64,000 nucleotides of DNA. Source: Salinivirgaceae bacterium (GTDB lineage Bacteria; Bacteroidota; Bacteroidia; Bacteroidales; SZUA-534). The notes under the pieces are model-generated. The model was not told the origin of the DNA and searched no databases. It saw nothing but the letters and a program-made list of their open reading frames with translations. Below are positions 20,386 to 30,051 of the stretch, one piece after another (position 1 is the stretch's first letter; each line of letters begins with the position of its first letter). The translations under genes and the position numbers were made by a program. The stretch spans positions 21,579 through 85,578 of the forward strand of contig JAEEPS010000003.1 in the NCBI GenBank assembly GCA_016284875.1, given 5' to 3'.

Positions 20386-20419
20386 GTGTAAAGATTCAGA
20401 ATCTTAGCACCAATATGCC

Positions 20420-21676
20420 TTACTCAATCGAGCGCCTGTACACTTGTTCGAACATATCCTGTTCCCGCTTGGTTATACCAAGCCGTGTGGCTATCGATTT
20501 CCACTGTGCAACGGCCGACTTGACTTCGGCAACGATACGTTGAGCATCCTGCTTGCCAATCATATATTCTTCCGATGAGTCGAGAAGTGCGCCAAGGTCG
20601 GAGTGGTTGGTTGATGAGTTGATGAGCAGGGCCTGATATTCATTCATTGTCGGATTCATATCGTATGCAGGTGAAAGCGTCCACCCACGAGGTGTAAGCA
20701 AGAATCCGTGGTTGCGGAAATGGTCATCGCTGTTCCCGATGGCTATATTGAACGCCACACGTCGATATAGCTGGCGAAGGTTGTTTTCCACATCACAGCA
20801 GTTTTGTACAATGAAATCCACAATATCCAGATAGCCGTTACCTGTTTTGGCATCACTGCCATCGGTCAGTCCCAGCAATGTCATAGCCGATGCGAAATGC
20901 TTTCTGCGGCCGTCAGAAGTCCTGTCGAAACGAGTTGAGAGCAAGGCGTGGTATTTGCCGCCAGACTCAACAACATTGGTCTCCGCCGCCGACACACCAG
21001 CCGCCTTTGCCAAAAGGTGACTGTGGTGCTCCCAAAGAGCGACATCGTAATCATCGTTCCGCGAAGGGAATTTGGCCACACAGAGTTGTCCACTGCCATT
21101 CACTACGCCAGCTTTCGGACGGGCGCCACCCAATGATGTGCCAGGATGAACAAGTTGCAGAAGCCACTTCTTCTCTGGCAACAGGTTCGCTTCCTCGCTT
21201 TTCTCAATCTCCATACTGGCTGTCACCAACTCTCTTATATCGGTCAAAGGCGGAATGCGCAGTGACTTCTCACAATTGATAAACTCTCTACCAATGGTAT
21301 CTTTGAACCGAAAACCGCCCATACGCGAGAAATCATCGATTCCGATAAGATAATCGTAGGAAGACAGTTTGCGTATAGGCCGATTCTCTTCAGCCGCCAG
21401 TATTTGCTCCCGTCTGTTCAGCAGCAGACGTCCCCAACGGTCGGGCAAAGCATCACTGAAGCAACCGAAAATGTCTCTGTTTGGTTGGGTGTATTGTTGT
21501 CCTGGATAGTTGTTGATGTCGGCGCTCAAGAAAAGACCGCCATATTGCCGAAGCCAGTCGTTATCGAATTTGAACGAATAAGAATCGGCGCCGCGAAGCG
21601 ATTCGTAGCCCAGTTCGCCAATCAGCAGTGGCTTTTCAAGCCAGTCAAAATCCGCATATACAAATAGTGTCCGCAT
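20420..21676 (-). CDS. hipA: HipA-family serine/threonine kinase toxin
   Basis: N-terminal coupling domain; GTSLGGARPK; the catalytic region GNSDDHFRNHGF; YDMNP. Confidence 0.85.
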   Translation of the reverse strand: MRTLFVYADFDWLEKPLLIGELGYESLRGADSYSFKFDNDWLRQYGGLFLSADINNYPGQQYTQPNRDIFGCFSDALPDRWGRLLLNRREQILAAEENRPIRKLSSYDYLIGIDDFSRMGGFRFKDTIGREFINCEKSLRIPPLTDIRELVTASMEIEKSEEANLLPEKKWLLQLVHPGTSLGGARPKAGVVNGSGQLCVAKFPSRNDDYDVALWEHHSHLLAKAAGVSAAETNVVESGGKYHALLSTRFDRTSDGRRKHFASAMTLLGLTDGSDAKTGNGYLDIVDFIVQNCCDVENNLRQLYRRVAFNIAIGNSDDHFRNHGFLLTPRGWTLSPAYDMNPTMNEYQALLINSSTNHSDLGALLDSSEEYMIGKQDAQRIVAEVKSAVAQWKSIATRLGITKREQDMFEQVYRRSIE

Positions 21677-21679
21677 AGT

Positions 21680-22000
21680 TTATACTTTTTTCGATGCGCG
21701 TTCGCGATGTTTGAGAGCAAGGTCTTGCAAGGCTCGCCCCATCTCATCTTTCTGCGCCAGAAGCAAGATGTCGTCGTCGAGTTGCAAGGCGTAGAGCACA
21801 CGCAGATAAATGCCAATGGCGACTGTCGGGACACCTTTCTCGATTCTTGTTATGGTCACAGTCGAGCAGGTGGCGCGTTCCGCCACTTGAGCCACACTTA
21901 AGTTGCGGCGCAGACGTGCAAGCCTGATTTGCTCGCCTACAGTCTGCATTTTCTGCTCCAGTTTCCGAGGCAGCTTATTGCCCATCGTTGTTTTACTCAT
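21680..22000 (-). CDS. hipB: XRE-family HTH antitoxin (HipB-like)
   Basis: 106 aa with IRLARLRRNLSVAQVAERATCSTVTITRIEKG. It ends 3 nt upstream of the hipA start. Confidence 0.75.
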   Translation of the reverse strand: MSKTTMGNKLPRKLEQKMQTVGEQIRLARLRRNLSVAQVAERATCSTVTITRIEKGVPTVAIGIYLRVLYALQLDDDILLLAQKDEMGRALQDLALKHRERASKKV

Positions 22001-22181
22001 ATCAGCACAACATTACATTACAAGTGCAAAAATAGCATTTTTTATATATTTTATGATATGTTATGAATACAAAGCGCTTCGTTTCGAGTTAAAAACGTGA
22101 ATGCAAATTCAGATAGGTGTTGATTTGATAATTCTTTGTTATTCGATTCTTAAGGTGGTGTACTTTCTTGACATTAGTTTC

Positions 22182-22189
22182 TACCTTTG
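22182..22189 (+). promoter_or_regulatory. Bacteroides -7 box (TACCTTTG) for umuDC
   Basis: Matches TAnnTTTG, 19 nt upstream of the ATG at 22208. Confidence 0.4.
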
Positions 22190-22207
22190 GCAGGTAAACG
22201 AGATGAT

Positions 22208-22648
22208 ATGAAAAAGCAATCGCCTTTCGAGTTTTACCCCCTCGCCACTGATACAAAGCCGTCGGTGCCAGTGGTTGAAGGCTCAGTCCACGCTGGCTTT
22301 CCGTGCCCAGTCGATGATGCCTATTTGCAGCAGCCAATCGACCTGAACAAGGAACTCATAAAGCACGCCGCGTCGTCGTATCTTATTCGTGTGGTAGGCG
22401 ATTCGATGATTGATGAAGGCATTGAAGAAGGCGATTTGCTTGTGGTTGACAGGGCTTTGTTGCCAACCGAAAAGAACCTGTCAATCTGTATGTATAACGG
22501 TGAGTTTGCGCTGAAACGTATTGTGCAGCAGGAAGGCAAGTTGTTGCTAATGTCAGGCAATAAAAAGTACAAGCCAATCGAGGTTAGCAATCCAAACGAA
22601 CTGTCCATTTTCGGTGTCGTTACGTGGGTGATGAAAAAGAAAGTCTGA
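22208..22648 (+). CDS. umuD: UmuD-like S24 peptidase (translesion polymerase accessory subunit)
   Basis: GDSM (Ser nucleophile) and ALKRIV (Lys) motifs, and a full-length C-terminus. I place the start at the ATG at 22208 rather than the TTG at 22187. Confidence 0.8.
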   Translation: MKKQSPFEFYPLATDTKPSVPVVEGSVHAGFPCPVDDAYLQQPIDLNKELIKHAASSYLIRVVGDSMIDEGIEEGDLLVVDRALLPTEKNLSICMYNGEFALKRIVQQEGKLLLMSGNKKYKPIEVSNPNELSIFGVVTWVMKKKV

Positions 22649-22649
22649 A

Positions 22650-23924
22650 ATGATTCTGCATATCGATTGCAACACGTTCTACGCCTCGTGCGAGGTTTCT
22701 CTGCGGCCAGATTTGCGCGGCAAGCCTGTTGTTGTCGCCAACTGCAACGAGGCTGGCGGCGGAATCATTCTCGCACTCACAAAAGAGGCAAAAGCCATAG
22801 GTCTGAAGCGTGGGGACCCAGTGTTCAAGGTAACCAAATTGCTGAATGATAACAATGTGGCCGTGTTTCCAGCCAACCTGCCAAAGTACGTTGATATTTC
22901 TCGCCGCTTGATGCAAGTTGTCCGTGATATGGAATTGGTTCTGAACTTTCAGCAATATTCGGTTGATGAATTTTTCGGCGAGTTGCCAATCGAGGATAAG
23001 GAACAGTTGCACGATACGGCTCTAAAAATCAAACACCACATTGAGCAATGCACAGGCATACCAGTTTCGTGTGGCATATCGCTGACGTACACACTGGCAA
23101 AGGTAGCTACCCGCTATGCCAAAAACGTCAAAGGCTATAAGGGCGCCTGTGTGCTTCCAAAAGACAAAATCGAAGTGGCATTGGCAAAGGTTGATATTGC
23201 CGATGTGTGGGGCATAGGCCGACGCACAGCACCAAAACTGCAATCTAGAGGTATCAGCACTGCGCTCGATTTCTTCAATGCAAGTGAGGCGTATGTCCGC
23301 CGATTGCTCAATATCAACGGTGTGCGCACCTGGCGCGAGTTGCACGGCATTCCGTCAATCGACATTAGCAACCCCGAGCGCCAGCAGTCCATTTGCCATT
23401 CTCGCACATTCACCTATATGACAAGCGACTTCGCCACACTTGAATCTTACATTTCTGATTACGCAGTGGCCGTCGCTCGCAAACTTCGTGCGCAGCACTC
23501 TGTTTGCCTCGCGGTCAGCACGTTCTTGTCAACCAATCCATTCCGTGATGATTTAGACCAATACAGCAACTTCGCCACCACAAAACTGAATGTCGCCACT
23601 GCCGACAGTCGGGAAATCTGTGGTGCCGCAATTGATGCACTGAACGGCATTTATAAGCCTAATTTGCAGTATAAGAAGGCAGGCGTGATTTTGTCTGAAA
23701 TCACAAGCGATGAAAGCATTCAGTTATCGTTGTTCCAGGATTCAAGCCAAAAAGCCAAGTCCGAGAAACTTATGGCTGCGATTGATTCTCTGACTGACAA
23801 ATATGGTATGGACAGCGTTAAACTCGCAACGCAAGGATTCAGCAAGCCAGAAATGAATCTCACCAACTTTCAGCCCTCGCTCAATCAAACTACCAATATC
23901 AACGACATTATCACTGTCAAATGA
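22650..23924 (+). CDS. umuC: Y-family DNA polymerase (UmuC-like)
   Basis: ILHIDCNTFYASCE, SVDEFF, and the little-finger region. It starts 2 nt after the umuD stop. Confidence 0.85.
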   Translation: MILHIDCNTFYASCEVSLRPDLRGKPVVVANCNEAGGGIILALTKEAKAIGLKRGDPVFKVTKLLNDNNVAVFPANLPKYVDISRRLMQVVRDMELVLNFQQYSVDEFFGELPIEDKEQLHDTALKIKHHIEQCTGIPVSCGISLTYTLAKVATRYAKNVKGYKGACVLPKDKIEVALAKVDIADVWGIGRRTAPKLQSRGISTALDFFNASEAYVRRLLNINGVRTWRELHGIPSIDISNPERQQSICHSRTFTYMTSDFATLESYISDYAVAVARKLRAQHSVCLAVSTFLSTNPFRDDLDQYSNFATTKLNVATADSREICGAAIDALNGIYKPNLQYKKAGVILSEITSDESIQLSLFQDSSQKAKSEKLMAAIDSLTDKYGMDSVKLATQGFSKPEMNLTNFQPSLNQTTNINDIITVK

Positions 23925-24150
23925 AATGCTTCCCGTTTAGGGAAAACATTGTTTGACATCTCTAAACCTTTACATCTTTCGTAACCGTTGTTGCAGTTCT
24001 GCCATTCTCGACATCAATGCGTCAAAGTCCAGCGACTGGCCGTAAATGAAGAATCGTCTCATATCTGCATAGCCCGACCGCCACGCTTCTATCGATTGTT
24101 CGGGAATCATAAAATTGATTCATTGTTAAGCCAAAGTTTTCCCATATCAA

Positions 24151-24759
24151 TTAAGCAATCATCGGTTTAACTACTCGTTTCATCCACGCAGGCATCATAT
24201 CCACATCTTTTGCCAAAGCAGTTTTGTCTTGCTCTTTGGTTATAAGAGAGCGAATTGTTTGCAAATCACTGTCTTCTATATTTCTTTGCTGAAGTGCTTT
24301 GAGGGCCTGAACTAGAAGTGCTATGAGCCGTGTGCCATAGCAAAAGTTCTTAGGTACTCCACGCTTAAGTGCTACTTGCTGGTTTTTCAGTTTGACTATT
24401 CGCTCGCTGCCTGTGGTCAGATATGTGTAATTCATTGGCACCTGAGTAGACAATCCCAATGCATTTAGAGCCGTCATTCCTGATGGTATTATTTCGGCAT
24501 TGTCTCGCAAGGCAATTGCCTGAACAACTTTGTCTACCGAAGGCAGCACAACTCCGAACCGACTCTTGCGTGGTTTCGCATATATGCCCTGCGACAGTTT
24601 AACCAAAACGCCGTCATTGGTCAATTCAGCAAGCACACTGCCCACATATTCGGAGTGATATTGGGGGAAATCAGACCGAAACAGGATTGTGTCTTCAGGC
24701 ATCGCTTCAATGCGTTCTTTAAGCGTAATATTATCCGTTGTTGAGTACTTCTCGTTCAT
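24151..24759 (-). CDS. AbiEi/DUF6088-like antitoxin-type protein, no cognate toxin gene present
   Basis: 202 aa. The pattern FRSDF...VLAELTNDGVLVKLSQGIYAKP is typical of the winged-helix N-terminal domain of AbiEi-type proteins. Downstream there is no AbiEii-size ORF. Confidence 0.5.
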   Translation of the reverse strand: MNEKYSTTDNITLKERIEAMPEDTILFRSDFPQYHSEYVGSVLAELTNDGVLVKLSQGIYAKPRKSRFGVVLPSVDKVVQAIALRDNAEIIPSGMTALNALGLSTQVPMNYTYLTTGSERIVKLKNQQVALKRGVPKNFCYGTRLIALLVQALKALQQRNIEDSDLQTIRSLITKEQDKTALAKDVDMMPAWMKRVVKPMIA

Positions 24760-24763
24760 TACA

Positions 24764-24792
24764 CCTTTGAAATTTTGTCAATTTTTCAAAGG
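24764..24792. promoter_or_regulatory. 9-bp perfect palindrome just upstream of the AbiEi-like gene (operator candidate)
   Basis: CCTTTGAAA - 11 nt - TTTCAAAGG, located 5-33 bp upstream of the minus-strand start codon at 24759. Confidence 0.4.
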
Positions 24793-24983
24793 CAAAGATA
24801 GGATTTTTTTACAATAGTTTAGATAAATCTTTAAAAGATGAGTAAATACTCATATCATTCCACTTAACCTATTAGGTGCGATTTTTCTCTGTGAAAATAC
24901 CCATCGATAGAGTAATTTGCTGTTTTCCTCCTATCGTAAATAGACTAGCGTGCACTATTGTTGTATGGCCATTATAGCCGTCA

Positions 24984-27911
24984 TTAATAATACATCTCAA
25001 TATAACTGTAAGCCTTCTCAAAGACATCGTTGTCCTTAATCTGGTATTTCAGCCAAAGGATTGAACGTAGTTTCTTCTTTATCTCGCGGCGTGCGGTTAC
25101 GCTTTGGAATGCATCGTTGAACTGACGAATAATGTTTACCACCTCATTGTCGATGTCGTTGACAACTTGCTCCACTATGATTGGCGTTTCCTCTGATTTT
25201 ATACTCTGGAAAAGGTCGGTAAGTGCGGCCCTTGCTTGTGCACGTTTATCGGCAGGTTTTTCAATTTTCTTTTCTTCTTCAAGTATCTCACGAGCCATCT
25301 GCAGCAACTGTTTCAGGAAGTCGATGCTTGAAATCAGGCTTTGTTCCATACGCTCGCGCAGTTCATCAAGTTTCTCAGCAAACTTCTTGAACTTTGGGTC
25401 GCCATTGTGCTCGCCGAGACGAATCTTCAGCATTTTCTCAACTTCAACAATCTTTTTCTGACGCTTCTTCTCATCTTCCAACACCGAGTCGATAATGCCT
25501 GCATCCACCACCAAATCTTCGAGCGGGGTGCCAATGTCGATTGTATCGATGTTGTTGTGGATAATCTCAATGGTTTTGGCACCGAGCAATGTCCAAATAA
25601 GGTTTCCTCCGCTCAACGGACGGACACTCTGGTACACTTGTGCCATCCATGTGTAATCACTTGAATACGGCCCCAGGAATTCGTCTGGTGAGACAATTTC
25701 CCACGCTTTAGCCAGTCGTGCAAAGTGTCGTGCGAAGTTGGTTTTTACGCCTTCATCCTTCAGACATTGTTGGGCGGCAGTCAGGCCTTCCCATCCACCG
25801 ACTGTGCGGTCAACACCAGGGAAGAATTGCAGGCAATCTTGCATATATGTTGGAATAAGCGCCTTTATCTCATCCATATTTTTGATGATGGTCTTAACGC
25901 TCTCTTCGTCAAAGGCAAGGCTCTTGGCCACATCTTCGAACACGCCGACAAAGTCAACAATCAAACCGCACTTTTTGTTCTCGTTGTAGGTACGGTTGGT
26001 GCGGCAGATTGCCTGAAGCAATGTGTGATTCTTCATAGGCTTGTCGAGGTACATACACTGCAGAATAGGTGCGTCGAAGCCCGTGAGTAGTTTGCTTGTG
26101 ACAATCACGAATTTCAGCGGCGACAGTGGGTCGCGGAACTGGTCGAGTAGTTTCTTCTCCTCATCGCGGGTGCGCTTGAAGGCTTTATAATCGTCGGCCT
26201 TATCGCCCGAAGTATGCATCACAATGGTTGTCTGGTCGTCGGTGCCGAGCAAGGCGTCGATTGCCTTTTTGTATTTGACGCAGCAAGCACGGTTATAAAC
26301 CACCACTTGCGCCTTCATTCCTGTCGGCTCAATGAACTCGCGGAAATGGCTGACAATGTATTTGCAAACATCGTTGATACGTTTGTCGGCTGTAAAGAAT
26401 GCTTCGACTGAAGTGCGCCGAACAAGTTCCTGCTTGTCTTCCTCGCTTATCTGGTCGGTAAGTGCGTCAAATTCTGCCTGCAGTTTTTCTTCGTCGAGGT
26501 GCATTTCCACAGGAACGGTTTTGAAGTTGAGTTCCAGCGTAGCACCATCGTCAACAGAGTTCTGGAAGGTGTATTTTGAGATATAACCATACTCATCCTC
26601 CTCGCTGCCGAAACAAGCAAAAGTGTTGTGGTCGTTGCGGTTGATAGGCGTACCTGTCAATCCGAAGAAGAACGCATTGGGCAATGCAGTACGCATTTTC
26701 TTGCCAAGGTCGCCTTCCTGGGTTCGGTGTGCCTCGTCCATCAACAGAATAATGTTGTCGCGGTCGTCAATCACTTCGCCATCGTTCAGGTCGCCGAACT
26801 TGAAAATGGTTGTAATGAGAATCTTGCGCTGGTGTATCTTGGTTTCCAACTCTTCTTTCGAAGTAATGTTGTCCACATTGGGTATCTCGGCACGGGTGAA
26901 GTCGCCAGTTATCTGGTCTTCCAAATCAATGCGGTCGTCAACAATGACCACAGTGGGTGCCTTCAAATCGTTCTGGCGGCGCAGTTTCTGTGCAGCAAAC
27001 ACCATAAGCCACGACTTGCCTGAACCCTGAAAGTGCCAGATAAGGCCTTTGCGCGGTCCTTTTCCTGCTCTGTAGGTGCCAAGCACACGCTGAACAATGG
27101 CTTCGCCACCGAGGTATTGCTGATAGCGGCAGACAATCTTAATCTTACGTCCGCCAGTAGTGCCTGTGAACACTGTGTAGTAGCGGTAAATGTCGAGCAC
27201 GCGTTCGGGTGTGAGCAACGACAGATAGTTGTGCTCCACATCCTCAAGTGTGCCGTGGCGACGTTCCTCATCGGCATACCACGGGCCCCATTTATCGACA
27301 GGACAGCCCACACTGGCATATTGCAGTTCGCGACCTTCGCTGGCAAATGCGAATATGTTCGGCACAAACATTTCGGGAATGCTTTTCTGATAGTGCATTA
27401 TGTCGGTTGCACCATCGGCCCAGGTGACCGACGATTTGACGGGTGTCTTGGCTTCGCCCACAATCATTGGTATGCCGTTGATTATGTAAACCAAATCGAG
27501 ACGTTTGCCGCCTTCCTTGCTCGGACGCGGGAATTCCCATTGGTTGGTAACCACACAGCGGTTTTCGGAAGGGTTATCACTGAAGAAGCGAATGTTGATA
27601 TTCTCGCCATCGTCGCCGAAAGGATATGAGTTCTCCTCGAACAGAAGGCTGCGGAAGCGGTCGTTGGCGTTTATGAGTTCCTCGTGGTTGTTGCCTATAC
27701 TGCAAGCCGCACGCAGTTTGAATATCACTTGCGACGCTTGGTCGTCGGTAATGTTGTTGAATTTCTTCAGGGCTGTCAGAAGCCAATCGGTTACCAGCAC
27801 CTCATCGGGCAGACGTGGCACGTTTTGTGGCTCAACATATATCCAGCCACACTTGCCCGCGGCGTTAATGAGCATTTGCTCCACAGTGTTTTCTTCGTTA
27901 AAATATGCCAT
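24984..27911 (-). CDS. hsdR: Type I restriction enzyme R subunit
   Basis: An HsdR N-terminal nuclease region, helicase motif I HFQGSGKSWLM, DEAH box LLMDEAHRTQ, motif VI QAICRTNR, and a long C-terminal helical domain. Confidence 0.9.
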   Translation of the reverse strand: MAYFNEENTVEQMLINAAGKCGWIYVEPQNVPRLPDEVLVTDWLLTALKKFNNITDDQASQVIFKLRAACSIGNNHEELINANDRFRSLLFEENSYPFGDDGENINIRFFSDNPSENRCVVTNQWEFPRPSKEGGKRLDLVYIINGIPMIVGEAKTPVKSSVTWADGATDIMHYQKSIPEMFVPNIFAFASEGRELQYASVGCPVDKWGPWYADEERRHGTLEDVEHNYLSLLTPERVLDIYRYYTVFTGTTGGRKIKIVCRYQQYLGGEAIVQRVLGTYRAGKGPRKGLIWHFQGSGKSWLMVFAAQKLRRQNDLKAPTVVIVDDRIDLEDQITGDFTRAEIPNVDNITSKEELETKIHQRKILITTIFKFGDLNDGEVIDDRDNIILLMDEAHRTQEGDLGKKMRTALPNAFFFGLTGTPINRNDHNTFACFGSEEDEYGYISKYTFQNSVDDGATLELNFKTVPVEMHLDEEKLQAEFDALTDQISEEDKQELVRRTSVEAFFTADKRINDVCKYIVSHFREFIEPTGMKAQVVVYNRACCVKYKKAIDALLGTDDQTTIVMHTSGDKADDYKAFKRTRDEEKKLLDQFRDPLSPLKFVIVTSKLLTGFDAPILQCMYLDKPMKNHTLLQAICRTNRTYNENKKCGLIVDFVGVFEDVAKSLAFDEESVKTIIKNMDEIKALIPTYMQDCLQFFPGVDRTVGGWEGLTAAQQCLKDEGVKTNFARHFARLAKAWEIVSPDEFLGPYSSDYTWMAQVYQSVRPLSGGNLIWTLLGAKTIEIIHNNIDTIDIGTPLEDLVVDAGIIDSVLEDEKKRQKKIVEVEKMLKIRLGEHNGDPKFKKFAEKLDELRERMEQSLISSIDFLKQLLQMAREILEEEKKIEKPADKRAQARAALTDLFQSIKSEETPIIVEQVVNDIDNEVVNIIRQFNDAFQSVTARREIKKKLRSILWLKYQIKDNDVFEKAYSYIEMYY

Positions 27912-27916
27912 TGGTT

Positions 27917-30028
27917 TTATATTTGATTACTCGTACTTGTATCGTCAATAAATAACAATCGAAGTTTATCTTCTTCAGATATGAATTTCAAATTCCATCG
28001 GCTTTCCATAAACGAAAGAAGTTTTAATCCTCTTTCTTTTATGGTTTCGGGTGTCCAATCTGCATTATTGGCGACTTCATTCTCAGAGTAAGAACCGTTT
28101 GAATAGCCCTGCCGAATTATATTATTTTGAGCATCCGTTTTAACCTTTTTCTTATCTGGGAAACTGTCATTCTGCAAACTTGAATTTATACTTTGATTAA
28201 GTAACAACAAGTTGCCTAACGTCCCTTGATAATATTTCATCTTTCCATCCGCGATATTTTGAAATTTATCTTTCCAATAATCGTTATCGGGTGTTTGTGG
28301 CAAAATATGTTCAATGGATATATAACCCTTTGCCAATCCTTCGGAATCGAACCAGTTGGGTGCGGTTCTGCGAGAACCGTTAGTCTTCCATAGAGAGAAT
28401 TCATATTCAAACAAGAAGTAGCGCAAACCTCCCCAAGAGTAGAAACCCTCTGCCGACTCAAACTTTCGGTTTAATGCGTTATATAAATAATCGCTATTAT
28501 AATACACACCAGTATCTGTGTGTTTAAACGTATGTTTAAGGTGCTCATTTAATCTGGTTATAACGTCATTTATGGTTATCTCACCTTTCAAAATACGGCG
28601 TGCGGAACCAGAAAATTCAGAACTCTTATAGTTTGATATAACTGACATACAACGGAAAGCCAAGAAGATAAAGCGTTCTATTGTTTTGAAAAGTTCAACT
28701 CGTTCTGAACTTTGAATATCAGCCCGCAAAAGAGAAGCGGTTACCAAAGGTCTGAAATATGTGATACCGATTCTGTTGAGTCGGTCTAACCAAAGACGCT
28801 CTTCTGGGTCTAAATGTGCAGTAGTATCTGTCGGGAACCAAGTTTCATACCATTTTACAGAGGCATCTTTCAAACTTATCACATAGTCCTTTATGTCTTG
28901 TGGCGTCAATGCTGATACAATTGGTTGTGGTGCTTCTTCAACATCATCGTCTTCTTCTTCAAACAAGTCATCATCTTTCAGTGTTTGAACTGATTCCAAG
29001 CCGTCAACATTAGCGGAAAGTCGTTGAATTTTCTTTGTTGAGAAATAATCGTCTAACAAGAACCTGACATAAGCGCTTGCACCCTTACGAGAAAAAGTGA
29101 AATTCATAACCCAATGAGCATACAAAAACTCATCATCATCCAAGGGGCGATTCTTGTTTCGGCCTAATTGAGCGTACACCACCTTCCAAGCATCATTAAT
29201 ATCATCGCGCAACGATTTTCTCGATATGGAATTTAATTCTTGTTCGGTGTAGAGAGTGGTTAGATAAATAAGTCTGTTTTTTAGCAACTCAAGGGTTGAT
29301 AATTTTTTTCCTCGGTTATTCATTGACTCAAACGCCGCAAACACATCAAATTCATCTTGATTCTTATTATCTATCTCGAACAGATTGAATTTCATTTGTT
29401 TTGTCAGCACCCTGAAAACTCTTTCAATGCCATTTATGTTTTCCTGGTCATACAATAACTGAAGATTGTGAATGAAAAACTTCTGCGCATTTTCAAGATT
29501 CAGTGTATAGTAGGTCTCGCTTTCTTGTGCGGCTGTATGTGCGTGGAATACCCTATTTTTCAAAAATGTAAAACTTGGATTATCTTGCTCATAGCCGAAC
29601 AAATACACTTTCGTAATTTTTTGAAAAACTCTAACAAGATAGCGTTCCTTTATTTTATCAAGTGTTGTATAATCAAAGTTTATGTCATCGTCGGGGGTAT
29701 TGGGATATTTGTTGTTCAGGAAATCACAAATGCATTGAACCAAGATTACCGAAGTTGTAAGACGCTGCTGGCCATCAACTATATACATCGGTTTATACAT
29801 ATCTCTTATCAGAAACAACTCATCATTCCAAGATTTACTAATGGCATCGGGTACTTTCTCTAACGTAATCTGACCAGTATAATGTGATTTTGTATCATCC
29901 AAATTCACAATATCTTCCCAAAATTCCTTCACTTCCTTGTCGGCCCGCCAGGCGTATCCTCTTTGGTAATCGGGGATTCTGAAAAAGCGTTTTTCAAATA
30001 TTTCGTTCAGCGAATATAATTGGTCCAT
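27917..30028 (-). CDS. DUF262 + DUF1524 (GmrSD-like) nuclease
   Basis: N-terminal FRIPDYQRGYAW and VDGQQRLTT (DUF262/ParB-like). C-terminal SIEHILPQ...GNLLLLNQSINSSLQN (His-Me finger, DUF1524). Confidence 0.8.
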   Translation of the reverse strand: MDQLYSLNEIFEKRFFRIPDYQRGYAWRADKEVKEFWEDIVNLDDTKSHYTGQITLEKVPDAISKSWNDELFLIRDMYKPMYIVDGQQRLTTSVILVQCICDFLNNKYPNTPDDDINFDYTTLDKIKERYLVRVFQKITKVYLFGYEQDNPSFTFLKNRVFHAHTAAQESETYYTLNLENAQKFFIHNLQLLYDQENINGIERVFRVLTKQMKFNLFEIDNKNQDEFDVFAAFESMNNRGKKLSTLELLKNRLIYLTTLYTEQELNSISRKSLRDDINDAWKVVYAQLGRNKNRPLDDDEFLYAHWVMNFTFSRKGASAYVRFLLDDYFSTKKIQRLSANVDGLESVQTLKDDDLFEEEDDDVEEAPQPIVSALTPQDIKDYVISLKDASVKWYETWFPTDTTAHLDPEERLWLDRLNRIGITYFRPLVTASLLRADIQSSERVELFKTIERFIFLAFRCMSVISNYKSSEFSGSARRILKGEITINDVITRLNEHLKHTFKHTDTGVYYNSDYLYNALNRKFESAEGFYSWGGLRYFLFEYEFSLWKTNGSRRTAPNWFDSEGLAKGYISIEHILPQTPDNDYWKDKFQNIADGKMKYYQGTLGNLLLLNQSINSSLQNDSFPDKKKVKTDAQNNIIRQGYSNGSYSENEVANNADWTPETIKERGLKLLSFMESRWNLKFISEEDKLRLLFIDDTSTSNQI

Positions 30029-30051
30029 AAGCGTTTATATTAAATTGTTAT

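Noticed and set aside
25132-27951. Series of plus-strand ORFs of 65-198 aa
   Set aside because: All lie antisense within hsdR, which is unambiguous. There are no start-site signals and no motifs.
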